Shown: positions 50,970-61,425 of the stretch, one piece after another
Numbering within the stretch: the first letter of the stretch is position 1
How the letters are laid out: each line of letters opens with the position of its first letter
Virus record (IMG/VR): IMGVR_UViG_2049941000_000062
Source of the DNA: an uncultured virus (IMG/VR IMGVR_UViG_2049941000_000062)
Lineage: Duplodnaviria; Heunggongvirae; Uroviricota; Caudoviricetes
Length of the DNA stretch: 61,425 nucleotides
Reading direction: 5' to 3' (one strand)
The notes under the pieces: model-generated
The model's database searches: none
Seen by the model: the letters and a program-made list of their open reading frames with translations, nothing else
What the model was told of the DNA's origin: nothing
Translations under genes and position numbers: made by a program

Positions 50970-51407
50970 ATGTATATAGATACTTGGGTTATAGGGGCGG
51001 CAATAGTAATCCTCCTATACCTTGTCTTTAGACTTGAAAAAAGAGCCATACTTATTAAAGACTTACTCGCAATATCGGACTCAATAGATAAGAATCAGCT
51101 TTATCTCAACAGGCAACTTACAGACGTGATTCTGTACGAAGATTCAAGAGTATTCTCCAAAATGAGCCAAAAGCAACGCGATAAGATTTTATTAGATCAA
51201 GCAAACGATATTAGGATCGCGTTCGCATCAAGTTACAAAGGAACTTACTACGTTAATGGTCGAATCGTAAACGACAGGTCAATAGAGTTCTATTTATCAA
51301 GCGCTCTCGGCAATCCTGTCGAGTATATCGAGAAAGACCCGTCGACCACGAACTTCTCTATTGTAGAAGCGATGAGAGCTAGAATCGAAGAACTCACGAG
51401 AAAATAA
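50970..51407 (+). CDS. Counter-oriented membrane-anchored moron protein
   Basis: N-terminal TM, own promoter, bidirectional terminator 51407..51434; divergent allele from 52342. Confidence 0.65.
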   Translation: MYIDTWVIGAAIVILLYLVFRLEKRAILIKDLLAISDSIDKNQLYLNRQLTDVILYEDSRVFSKMSQKQRDKILLDQANDIRIAFASSYKGTYYVNGRIVNDRSIEFYLSSALGNPVEYIEKDPSTTNFSIVEAMRARIEELTRK

Positions 51408-51435
51408 AAAAGACCCCCGATGAGGGGTCTTTTCT

Positions 51436-54400
51436 TTAGGCTTCTTCGTAGCCTTGTTGGTATCTAGCGATAACGTTGCGAGCTTGTTGGAGCTTATATC
51501 TGCGCTGTTCTTCGCTATCCCACGGCTGTGGTACATATTGTTGCTTAATGCGTTCGTACTCTGCTGGAGTGACCGTAGCACCAGACATCATATAACCGAG
51601 CTGTGTTGCGAGCGAGTCTGCGGTTGATGAGTAAGCATTTCCACCAGCGTTCACGAGGTTGAGAACAGGGATGTCGCGTACTGTGTAGCCATAATCTGGG
51701 NNNNNNNNNNGGTTGAGGATTTCCTCTGCAGCGTTCGCCTTCTGTTGCTTTTCAGAGAGCTTGTTTTGCTTTTCTTCTGGGTTTTGTGCTTCATACATCT
51801 TGTATGCGGTCTGGTAAAGGTCTGCAAGCTGGTTGTAGGCCTTAATATCGCCTGCAGCGAGAGCAAGATTCATACCGTTTGCAATATCTGCGAGTTGTGC
51901 TTGGGCTTGTGCCTGTTGTGCGGTTTGCATTCCTGCGACACCAGTAGCACCACCGGCCATATTGTTATTAGCGATACCACCGAGCATTTGTTCTAGGGTC
52001 TGATAGTCTTGCGCCTTCCTTGCGTCCTGTACTGCATTATTAGCTTGGATATTGCCTGAAGTGCGGCCGATGTAGTTGGTAAGGATTCTGAGTGTTTCTG
52101 GAGAGATTGGTGTAGTATTGCCACCGATGTTATTTAGGGTTTCTCCAGCCTTTGAAAGAGCGTTTCCAGCGGTTCTTGACACAGAACCTATAATCTTTCC
52201 AGCTGGACGGGTGGCAACGGATAAAAGCTCGCCTGCACCTGAATCTTGTAAGAGCCTATTTACTNNNNNNNNNNTCGCCAATTATTTATATTATACCACA
52301 TTTTGTGATATAATGTAGGCAACTAAACAAAGGGACACATAATGTATATTGAATCTTGGATCGTGGTGGTAGTAGTTATCGTTATTGTGTGTTTGTTAGT
52401 GACAATAACCACTCAACACAATAAGTTCCAGTCAGCAGCTAAATTATTAGCCGAACAAGACAAAAAGGAGCTGCAACTTAGGCGACAGTTAGTNNNNNNN
52501 NNNNNNNNNNNNNNNNNNNNNNNNNNNNNNNNNNNNNNNNNNNNNNNNNNNNNNNNNNNNNNNNNNNNNNNNNNNNNNNNNNNNNNNNNNNNNNNNNNNN
52601 NNNNNNNNNNNNNNNNNNNNNNNNNNNNTTGTAGTGGTCTTGCTACCAGAGATTGCGTTTCTTCGATAGTCGTTCGTTCGCATCTCATAATCCATTTGGC
52701 GAGCGTCTTCATATTTTGCGGTCTTGCTGATAAACTCACCAATGTTCTTAGCCTCCATCATATCCTTGATAGCTGCATCGGTTGCGCCGAGGTTTTTCAA
52801 CCTCTCTGAGAGTTGAGCCTTAGTGTACTTATCGCCGAAGCCATCAACAGAGGTAGTAGCGAGGTCGCGGAGTTCACGTTTTACATCAAAGAGTGCATCT
52901 GCAAGAGCGCCTGCATCGGTTGCTAGATCGCCACCATTTACAGAGGTTGCCTTCTTGAGATACTTGTTAGCAATCTTGTTTACATCTCTTGATGCCTTGA
53001 GTAAATCTGCTGCGTTGTATCTGCCTGGAATATCGCCATTTTCGATAGTATCAAAGACGTTCTTGACTACATCATCATAAACCTTCTGGTATGTTCTAGT
53101 GTTGATTGCGTTTTCTGATGATGGTTTAGCGATTCTATCGACTAAGCCATTATCAACGATAGATGCGCCACTATTCTTTACGATGTCATCAACGAACTTG
53201 CTTTANNNNNNNNNNAAGAGCTGCTGCGTTTGCTTGTTGTTGAGTCTTCGAGAGTTTTACGTCTTTAGTAGTAGTCTGTGGGTTCTGAAGCTCATACATC
53301 TTGTAAGCTGTCTGGTAGAGGCTTGCGAGTTGGTTGTAGGCTTGAATATCGCCAGCTGCGAGAGCAAGATTCATACCGTTTGCAATATCTGCTAACTGTG
53401 CCTCAGCCTGGCTTGTTCTGTTGTTCTGTGCGATAGAGTTAGCTGTGATTANNNNNNNNNNGATTTTCTCTACGTTCTGTCTGGTCTGTTTTGTAGCGTT
53501 CTGGAGCTTTTCCCACATCTCGTCTGGGCCGTCACCTCTGTCGTAAGCTTCATCTACGCCACTATATCCGTATTCTCTTGCGATACGGTCTTGTTCTTCT
53601 TTGCCTTTTGTTGTAGCGTCCTTCATAGCTGCATTGTTTGCATCTTGAACGCCTTTTGTCATATAGGCAGCTGCAGTAGTAGCTAGAGTGTCTTTAGCAG
53701 ATTTCAAGTCCCTAGTTAAGTTTGATAAGAAGCCGCCGAGTCCACCGTTATTGTTATTATACTTACGATCTACGGACTCTTTTTGAGCTTCATAAAGTGC
53801 AAGTTGTTTGCGTTTGCGGTCTTCCTCGCCTGCAGCGAGAATATTGTTTAGCCAGTCTGCTGATTGTTCTTTGAATAGTGCCATATTTTGTTCGCCTCCT
53901 AGTAGATGTTTCCGAGGTATGTATAATCTCGACTACCGAGGTTAGCNNNNNNNNNNTGTCTGGAGTGTATCCGAGATTGCGGAGCTTGTTAACTGTATCG
54001 TTTTTAACAATATCTGCTGCGGTCTTCGAGTATAGTGAGTTGTAAAGGTCTGCGTTCTCGATACGTTCACCAGTCTTAGAGAGGTTGTCGCCGAGCTTCT
54101 GGATGACATTACGCTTGTTGATCTTGAGTTCGTTGCCTTGATAATCGAGAGGCTTTGTATAGTCTGGAAGGTCTAACTCTGAGCCAGTTGTGGTAGTTGG
54201 TTCGGTAGTAGTATTTGCACCCGCTCTACCTCTTACGCCTTGTGTAATTCTGTTAGCACCAGCCATAATGCCACCTTGTGCTGCACCTGCGCCAGCTCCC
54301 TGAAGTGCGCCCTGAAGTGCTGCCTGTGCGATGTTCCCACCGCCAAGAGCGGCTGAAGTACCAGCGCCTGCTGCGCCACCTGCAGCGCCAGCAATTGCAC

Positions 54401-55025
54401 CACGTCCGATAGCTGAAGTAGCAAGGTTGTTGTTTAAGAGCGTGCCACCAATCTTTGAGCCTGCATTTCCGACCTTACCAGCAACTTTGCCACCGATAAG
54501 GCCACCTGCTGCACCAGAGATAGCACGGTTAGCAGCCGATTCGAGAGAAGCATTTGCGCCTTGCTGTTGGAGTTCATCTGCGACACCTCCGATAGAACCT
54601 GCTGCGGTGTTTGCAGCAACCCCACCGAGTTTGCCTACACCAGCCATAGGGAGAGCGGTTGTAGCAAGAGTTGTAGCAGCGTTTAGGGCTGTACCAGCAG
54701 ACTTCGCATAAGCGTCCTTAATATCATCGGTTTTGTAGAGGTCTTTTTTGAACGCTTGCAAGTTCTCTTGAGTTCCTGCTTTGCCTTCGATTAAGTCCTT
54801 AGTAGATGCGACACCTGAGCCGATAAGGTCATAAACACCACGTCCTACATCGCCGATACCCTTGCCGATACCGCCAATAATACTGCCTAAGAAGCCGCCT
54901 AAGCCCCCATTATTGTATTTAGCGTCTAATTGTGCCTTTTCTGCGTTGTAAGCATTGAGCGCCTTCTGTTTCTCTTGAGCGTCAATGATTGCTCTTGCTT
55001 TTGAGATTTCGTTATTATTCCACAT
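51436..55025 (-). CDS. Fragments of large Gly/Ala-rich ejection (DNA transfer)-like protein alleles
   Basis: ORFs 53957..55025, 53462..53884, 52629..53205, 51436..52264; helical low-complexity; interleaved alleles. Confidence 0.55.
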
Positions 55026-55035
55026 ACACTATCTC

Positions 55036-55842
55036 CTATCCTAACCTCAATCCAAGTCTGTTAAGCAAGTCTGAGTCGGTCTGTGAGAGGTAATTGTAGT
55101 TATAAGTTTTGCCAGAAGCGTTTGAAAGGTTCTTCTTGCCGTTGTATTTAAGGATTTCAGACAAGCGGTTGTATTCATTACTATTCGTGCCGAATAATTG
55201 GCCGACGTTCGAGAGAATAGCGTTATTATTCTGTTTACCGCCGTTGCCAAAGTATGCAGTACCATATTTGACGGTGTTGCCGTTTCCGTTGTTGGTAAAG
55301 AAGAAGCCACCTGCTGCGTCTGCATTTGCGTTGTACTTCTGCGTTTGTGGAGTTTGGTTGAGATATTTATGAGCTGCGAGCTGTTGCTTTGCCAATCTCT
55401 CTTGCCTCTCGCGGTCTAACTCATCGTAATAACGTTGAGTGCCGAGTCTTGAGATTTCATCCATCATAGATGCGAGCTGGGTTTCAAGAGTAAGTCTGTT
55501 GTTATTAGCCTGAGATTGTGCATTTTCTAGGGCTTGGCTTTGGTTGGTGTTAAGCTGAGTCTGGGCTGGAACGAATGATTGTTCATAGTATTTTCGGTTT
55601 GCGATATTAGCTGCACCACCGAAAGAACCACCCGACCCTGCTGCACGAAGCGAAGCTGCTTCGGCTGCTTGATCACGTTGAGCGTTTAACTGATTCTGTT
55701 GGTTCGCATAATTTTCGTTTATCTGCTTCTGAGTTTGAGCAAGGTTGCCAGAGATAGCGTCGATTTGTTTCTGCAACGCTTGTCTGGAGTTATCATAACT
55801 CTTACTCACCTCCGCAGTATATTCTGCAATAGATTTCGCCAC
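55036..55842 (-). CDS. Gln-rich putative ejection protein allele 1
   Basis: Coiled coil; GTG start after leader motif. Confidence 0.6.
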   Translation of the reverse strand: MAKSIAEYTAEVSKSYDNSRQALQKQIDAISGNLAQTQKQINENYANQQNQLNAQRDQAAEAASLRAAGSGGSFGGAANIANRKYYEQSFVPAQTQLNTNQSQALENAQSQANNNRLTLETQLASMMDEISRLGTQRYYDELDRERQERLAKQQLAAHKYLNQTPQTQKYNANADAAGGFFFTNNGNGNTVKYGTAYFGNGGKQNNNAILSNVGQLFGTNSNEYNRLSEILKYNGKKNLSNASGKTYNYNYLSQTDSDLLNRLGLRLG

Positions 55843-55997
55843 GGTATTCCTACCGCATCGCCATTACCTTTATTATAACACATTTTAGAACGGAGATATA
55901 GCAAGATCTATAATAGCATTTGCAGTAAAGGCCGTCGTAGTGGCCTGATAACCGTTAAGCGTGCAAGCTAGGGTATATCTTGTCGGAGAGGACTGAT

Positions 55998-56749
55998 NNN
56001 NNNNNNNGTCCTCTCAAGCTACCCCTGTTTGCAAATGCGTTAACAGTATCCCAACCGACACCTTCGGTGCTTACACCGTTATTCCACATATCACTCCAGT
56101 TATTTTTTCCACGATTTCCGATACCAAGCAAGAACTCTGCAGCAGATACCTGATTACCATTCTTAATATAGGTAGCACGTCCGTTATTGTTTGCGACAAG
56201 GTAGCCATTACCGAAGTCCCAAGTTTGGACTGTGCGTCCAGGTGTGGTAGTTCCGCCCTGACCGAGATAGCGGCTAGCTGCAGCCATTTGTTCTCTTGCG
56301 AGTCTTTCTTGTCGTTCTCTTTCAAGTTCGTCATAGTATCTCTGAAGTCCGAGCCTTGCGTCTTGGTCGTTAAGAGCTGCGAGTTGGCTTTCAAGAGAGA
56401 GCCTGTTAGAGTTTGCCTGAGCCTGTGCGTTTTCGAGTGCTTGGCTCTGGTTTGTGTTGAGCTGAGTCTGGGCTGGAACGAAGGCTTGTTCGTAGTATTT
56501 GCGGTTTGCAATTTCTGCAGCACCGCCAAAGCTACCACCCGAACCTGCAGCTTGGATAGAAGCTGCCCTAGCTGCTTGATTTCTCTGAGTGTTTAGAGTG
56601 TTTTGCTGGTTTGCGTAGTTTTCGTTTATCTGCTTGTTAGTCTGTTCGAGATTTCCAGCAATAGCGTTGATTTGGTTCTGCAACGCATTACGAGAGCCTT
56701 CAGAAGATCTCCTTACCTCAGCAGTATATTCTTCAATAGATTTCGCCAC
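55998..56749 (-). CDS. Gln-rich putative ejection protein allele 2
   Basis: Shares N-terminal ~160 aa with 55036..55842, unrelated C-terminus. Confidence 0.6.
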
Positions 56750-56791
56750 GGTATTCCTACCGCATCGCCATTACTTATATTATACCACATT

Positions 56792-57178
56792 CTAGTTAAA
56801 CGGAGAAACTGATAGATGTGCTTTTACGTTCGCCGTAAAGCCGTCTATAAACCTCCAGTTGGTATCCATATTATACACCCTAGCTCTGAGTTCATATCTT
56901 GTATTACTGACCTGGGTTAGAACAAACGTTATGTCGTACATATAGTCTGCTGGTTGGTAGTCCAATAAGCTCGCACTTACCCTAGTGTCACCCGTTAAAG
57001 ATGTCTTCCAGCTTACATTTTCAAAGTATACCCCTGGTGGAACATCTTGTCCTACTGAATATGTCTGCTCGCTATTTGGTGCAAACCAAGCTCCGCCAAA
57101 AGTAAGGTCAAGATCTAAACTTGCCCGTTCTTTCTGGCTAGTGAAGTCTGAGTCTAGTTGATATACATTTAATTTCAT
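56792..57178 (-). CDS. Minor tail protein
   Basis: Homolog of 9515..9752. Confidence 0.6.
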   Translation of the reverse strand: MKLNVYQLDSDFTSQKERASLDLDLTFGGAWFAPNSEQTYSVGQDVPPGVYFENVSWKTSLTGDTRVSASLLDYQPADYMYDITFVLTQVSNTRYELRARVYNMDTNWRFIDGFTANVKAHLSVSPFN

Positions 57179-57180
57179 AC

Positions 57181-57846
57181 CTATACCTCGTCAGCGTAAA
57201 TATGGTACGTCATAGTGTTGCCTTGTGACGTTCCTCTCATAATAAGTTTCTCCTCGTCTACCCACACCCCTGAGGAGTTTGACCCGTCCGCATAGTATAC
57301 CGTAACAAACTGACCCTGTCTACCAAAATATGGATCATATTGCCAGACTTTAACCTGGGGTACATATCCGAGATTATGATAAACAATGACCTCTCTGTTT
57401 GCGTCTGTTACACCAGATCCAGTCATAAATAATTTTGGGTATACATAGTCAGAATTGAACTTAAAGTTAGTGGAGTCTTCTATATTCGGAACATCTGCAC
57501 CGTAGTAGTCATCAGGAGCGAAACCGAATATCCTATAATACAGTGTCACCTGCCTGTCTTCATTGTTAACCATTGTGACGAGTATGTCTGTAGAGTTCGA
57601 CTCAAATGCCACATACGCTGAATTTCCTGCAATATAACCGCTTGTGATCGCAATATCAAAAGAAGGCTCAAAGTTAGGGTTCAAAGACCATTGTCCGACA
57701 ATAAGCGGCATAAACGGCAGGTTATGCGGGATCTGCTGAGTTTCATAGCCGTAGTTACCGACAACTAAGGAACCTTCCAGCTCATACACAAAAGCTGGGG
57801 TTTGGTAGTCTGAACTATATTGAAAGTTCCTTGCGTCTTGAGCCAT
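57181..57846 (-). CDS. Putative tail protein
   Basis: Homolog of 9749..10459. Confidence 0.65.
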   Translation of the reverse strand: MAQDARNFQYSSDYQTPAFVYELEGSLVVGNYGYETQQIPHNLPFMPLIVGQWSLNPNFEPSFDIAITSGYIAGNSAYVAFESNSTDILVTMVNNEDRQVTLYYRIFGFAPDDYYGADVPNIEDSTNFKFNSDYVYPKLFMTGSGVTDANREVIVYHNLGYVPQVKVWQYDPYFGRQGQFVTVYYADGSNSSGVWVDEEKLIMRGTSQGNTMTYHIYADEV

Positions 57847-58136
57847 CAGTCAACCTCTTTTAGGACATCGAAGCCTGGCTTAGTGATCCAGATACCAGGT
57901 CGACCGTCTTTTGGAGCTTGACCGATAAGGATACGGGCTGTTCCGGTCGAATCATAAAAGACCTCACCGTACTTGCCATTCGGAAGGCGGCCGCTCTGCA
58001 TAGCATTCTTACCACCACCAGCGATGATGGTTTTAGAGTTTGTTTCTGCGTCCAGCTGACGGAAGTTATCGTTAGTCTGGCGAATGACAGCCGACAAGCT
58101 AGCCTTAGAGCTAAGTGGACTAAATCTATTAGGCAT
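57846..58136 (-). CDS. Small virion protein
   Basis: Homolog of 10459..10749. Confidence 0.65.
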   Translation of the reverse strand: MPNRFSPLSSKASLSAVIRQTNDNFRQLDAETNSKTIIAGGGKNAMQSGRLPNGKYGEVFYDSTGTARILIGQAPKDGRPGIWITKPGFDVLKEVD

Positions 58137-58144
58137 ACACCTCC

Positions 58145-60307
58145 TTATCTTATTCTTTGCGTTTGAACGGTTACCGTATGGCTTCTAAAGACCACAGGCT
58201 CGAATGCTGCAATATGTTGATAGCGAAGCTGGCAACGGTAGAACTCGCCGTTTACTTGAGGGATAGTGGATAGAACGGTAGGCATAGTAGGGACACCGTA
58301 GTTAGACGGCTCGTCCCAGACATAGCTTTCAGATACGACTTCATTATTCAAGAGGTCGACAGAGAATGCGTACTTAACGTCATTCGTATAATCGAGAGCG
58401 TAGCCACATTGTACTGAGTATGGCTTGTCTGTGGTTGCGAACTCTGGCCTCCACTTTGGGATACGTTTGAGCTGAGAAGTAGAACCGAAGTGTTCGTATG
58501 CTGTTTCAAGGTTAAAGGCGATAGCTTGGCCGAGATCTGAGTATTTAGCCTCCTTAGCTTCGTTAACCATAATCAAACCGATACGGCTGTGGCCGCATAG
58601 GAAGCGTCCAGAAACGTTCTGGCGAGCTGATGTAGCAGATACATAGGTATTCGAGTCAAAGCTCTCCCACTTGCCGAGGTTGATGTTATACACCAAACAG
58701 TGATCGTTGACACCGCCAGTAGTTGAAGTGTAGTAGACATAAAGTCTGTTTTGGTAGAGATCTAGAACGATGTTCTCTTTGTCCGGGATAGCGTCATAGG
58801 CGTTCTGAATAGAACTCTGTGTGAGTGAGTCCTCGTCCATACCATTGAAACGATAGATACCAGTATCGTTTGCGAAGTAAGCGTAGTTAAGGTCGCATAC
58901 TACAGACTCTTGGCTAAACGTTCCGTTCTGTGCCGTACATTGGCTCGGCGACCACTGGTCGGCGGTTTGTGCGTATATCTGGTATTTATTGCGTCTGGTT
59001 AGAATATAGTAGACACCACCGAGGTTAAACATAGCCGTAAGTGGATCGCCTGTCTGGATAGCTGGGATAGGTTGGCGGAATAGCGTGCTGAACGCATCGT
59101 AACTGTTAATTGCGGTACCATTATTGTCTACAGTCTTCACTGTGAAGTTTGTTCCATTTTTAGCTGTGATTTCGCCAACTGTTGATAAGTACCACATAAG
59201 GTCACCAACTTCAGCATTGGCCGGAGCTTTGGAGGTAAGAGCGGACATTGTAGACTGTGCCACGGTCGTAGTCTGGCCGTATTCAGAAGGTAGGGCTGTT
59301 GTTGTTCTGAATATGACTGTTTTAGCATAGTTTGTACCATACGGCCAAGTCCAAACGACCTGAGTATCTACGTCTGCGTCCATATACATAATGTTATCGG
59401 CTGTACCGTCCATAATGTTAGACACTTTAAGATTCATAGTTTCTTCAGTATCAAGGTCTTTTGTAGGGATAGCAGTATCAGACCAGGAGTTAGCTGGATC
59501 GAGTAAGCGTGGGCCTTCTAGACCGTCTGCATAGCGGATCTTGTTTAAGTCCTGGTTAAAGCGAACTTTCTTAACACCAACAGGGAGGTCACGAATCTTC
59601 GTTATTACTCCAGCTGAGTTCATACGGTATAGCTTCTCATTCTGCACGAACAGGATAGTTTTAGTACCATCTATATTAGCTTCAAAGATGTTAGTGATAG
59701 CACCTTCGGTGCAGGTTTTAACTGCAACAGCTAGAACGCCAGCAGAAGTGACTTGTACTTCGTATCCTGAAGGAAGGTTGCCTTGCGTACCGATACGAAC
59801 CTCTACCGTGTCTGTGGTATAGACGTTTGGGGTATTCATAAAGATGAACTCCAAAGCTTGCGATGTATCTGTGATAGTTTCAGGATCTAGGAAGGTTTCA
59901 GCTATCTTCTCGTCACCAGACCATAAAGAGATACACGGTATAGCATAAGTGTCGCTCGTGTTTTTGATTCTGATTTGTGCGGAATAAACCAAAGCGTTAG
60001 CCGATGGCGTGAAGGTATATGGCTTAGCTTCAGCGATAGGAACTTCCGTAGAACCGCTTGAGATGTTTGTAGAGAGGTCTGCATAGCCGATAGGGCTAGC
60101 CATTAGCTTAGAATAGCCTAAGCGTGTCTTATACTCGCCGATACGGTCGAATCTAGCGTCCTGTGCGAGTCTAAGCTCTGAGTTCTTCATAGTATCATTT
60201 GGCTTATATGTAGAGATACCGTCTGCGAAGTTGTTGGTAGACGGCGAAGATTTACCAGTCGATACATTTGGGATAGTTTTGATTTTAGTAAACCTTGACT
60301 GCACCAT
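58145..60307 (-). CDS. Putative tail nozzle allele 2
   Basis: Homolog of 10758..12710 with a ~70-aa insertion. Confidence 0.65.
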   Translation of the reverse strand: MVQSRFTKIKTIPNVSTGKSSPSTNNFADGISTYKPNDTMKNSELRLAQDARFDRIGEYKTRLGYSKLMASPIGYADLSTNISSGSTEVPIAEAKPYTFTPSANALVYSAQIRIKNTSDTYAIPCISLWSGDEKIAETFLDPETITDTSQALEFIFMNTPNVYTTDTVEVRIGTQGNLPSGYEVQVTSAGVLAVAVKTCTEGAITNIFEANIDGTKTILFVQNEKLYRMNSAGVITKIRDLPVGVKKVRFNQDLNKIRYADGLEGPRLLDPANSWSDTAIPTKDLDTEETMNLKVSNIMDGTADNIMYMDADVDTQVVWTWPYGTNYAKTVIFRTTTALPSEYGQTTTVAQSTMSALTSKAPANAEVGDLMWYLSTVGEITAKNGTNFTVKTVDNNGTAINSYDAFSTLFRQPIPAIQTGDPLTAMFNLGGVYYILTRRNKYQIYAQTADQWSPSQCTAQNGTFSQESVVCDLNYAYFANDTGIYRFNGMDEDSLTQSSIQNAYDAIPDKENIVLDLYQNRLYVYYTSTTGGVNDHCLVYNINLGKWESFDSNTYVSATSARQNVSGRFLCGHSRIGLIMVNEAKEAKYSDLGQAIAFNLETAYEHFGSTSQLKRIPKWRPEFATTDKPYSVQCGYALDYTNDVKYAFSVDLLNNEVVSESYVWDEPSNYGVPTMPTVLSTIPQVNGEFYRCQLRYQHIAAFEPVVFRSHTVTVQTQRIR

Positions 60308-60310
60308 AAC

Positions 60311-60976
60311 TTATACCTCGTTAATTCTGATATTGAATGGAGTTTGCACTCTGTTGCCACCGTCAAACTGACGAGGGCCGTATCTCATAGCCATATTAGT
60401 TATAAGCTCTGCCTTTTGGTTGTCGTAGATTTGTGCGAAGTCATAGTTTCCACGTCTGCGTTCTGCTCTAGCTACTGCTCCTAAGACAAGAATCTCTCTG
60501 TATTCGCTAGGGATAAGAGGAACGTCAGTTGCGTTCTCTAGCTTTGTTGGCTTTGCAAGATAGAGCATCTTCAAAGTGTAGTAGTTGTCTGGATCGTTAT
60601 CGTCAATAGTCTCGCAGTCGATTTTTGGTAGGTAGTAGTGCAACTTATTACCGATAACAGTATACTGATACACCTTTAGACCTTTGTAAGCTGCGTAGTA
60701 TTCTCTGGGTGCGACATATTTAAGCGGCCATTTCATACCGCCCTTTTCTACTACTAAGCGTTCCATAGTTTGGAAGTCGCTTGGAACTTCAAGCTCTCCA
60801 GAGTCAAGAGTTTGATAGTCATAAGTTTTCTCGAAAAAGCTATACGGAACTTCCCCGAAGATTTCGTTATAAGCTTGGTTGATATAGCGAATTATTCTGT
60901 TGTCGTCATACGACTCATCTTGTAGCTCGTCTTTCACGTCTTCTACAAGCGTTGATAAGTTATAATCAGCGTCCAT
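60311..60976 (-). CDS. Head-tail adaptor (tubular protein A-like)
   Basis: 221 aa, first gene after capsid region, DVPLIPSEY. Confidence 0.65.
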   Translation of the reverse strand: MDADYNLSTLVEDVKDELQDESYDDNRIIRYINQAYNEIFGEVPYSFFEKTYDYQTLDSGELEVPSDFQTMERLVVEKGGMKWPLKYVAPREYYAAYKGLKVYQYTVIGNKLHYYLPKIDCETIDDNDPDNYYTLKMLYLAKPTKLENATDVPLIPSEYREILVLGAVARAERRRGNYDFAQIYDNQKAELITNMAMRYGPRQFDGGNRVQTPFNIRINEV

Positions 60977-61331
60977 TTATTACCAGACGCATCGCCATTA
61001 NNNNNNNNNNNNNNNNNNNNNNNNNNNNNNNNNNNNNNNNNNNNNNNNNNNNNNNNNNNNNNNNNNNNNNNNNNNNNNNNNNNNNNNNNNNNNNNNNNNN
61101 NNNNNNNNNNNNNNNNNNNNNNNNNNNNNNNNNNNNNNNNNNNNNNNNNNNNNNNNNNNNNNNNNNNNNNNNNNNNNNNNNNNNNNNNNNNNNNNNNNNN
61201 NNNNNNNNNNNNNNNNNNNNNNNNNNNNNNNNNNNNNNNNNNNNNNNNNNNNNNNNNNNNNNNNNNNNNNNNNNNNNNNNNNNNNNNNNNNNNNNNNNNN
61301 NNNNNNTATTTTATCCATTTATATTATACCA

Positions 61332-61425
61332 CAAAAAACCACCATTTCAGGTGGCTTCTTCGTTATCAAACACTTCGTCTCGCAATAGGTGTATATCTGC
61401 ACCACTTAGACCTTAAATCGCAGGC
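61332..61425 (-). ncRNA. 3' part of second allele of the ~190-nt ncRNA
   Basis: Two substitutions versus 15082..15175. Confidence 0.6.

Noticed and set aside
14983..60997. CGCATCGCCA repeats as CRISPR or att sites
   Set aside because: Dispersed, only 10 nt, always between a -10 box and a start codon; no spacer array or cas genes
1..61425. Apparent genome-wide gene duplications (two portals, TerLs, lysins, nozzles)
   Set aside because: Copies are separated by N gaps, inconsistently oriented and divergent, which is best explained by co-scaffolded related phages

Overview
The window is a gap-ridden scaffold (dozens of 10-N joins) that interleaves at least two, locally three, closely related temperate podovirus-like phage genomes. 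Most modules therefore appear twice as divergent alleles, which allows direct covariation analysis. Modules present: tyrosine integrase and an attP carrying the 5' half of tRNA-Ala(CGC); an early operon (ssDNA-annealing protein, KGG protein, VRR-NUC); DNA methyltransferases and a SAM synthetase; glycosyltransferases; TerS/TerL; portal; scaffold; major capsid (one allele has a group I intron encoding an HNH endonuclease); adaptor and nozzle; ejection-like proteins; lysin; and collagen-repeat tail fibres. No HTH repressor is recognisable. The main unexplained signal is an apparent RNA-based regulatory network. (1) An allele-specific ~60-nt sRNA/attenuator upstream of the integrase operon has 23 nt complementary to a loop in the early-operon leader, co-varying between alleles with the same central mismatch. 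(2) A UGGCGAUGCG leader sits on five late transcription units, and its only antisense copy found lies in a structured RNA upstream of scaffold/capsid. (3) A ~400-nt multi-stem ncRNA with extensive covariation lies in the early operon. (4) A strong promoter reaches the early operon only through intact attP. The host cannot be determined from sequence alone. All structures were read by eye and no database searches were run.
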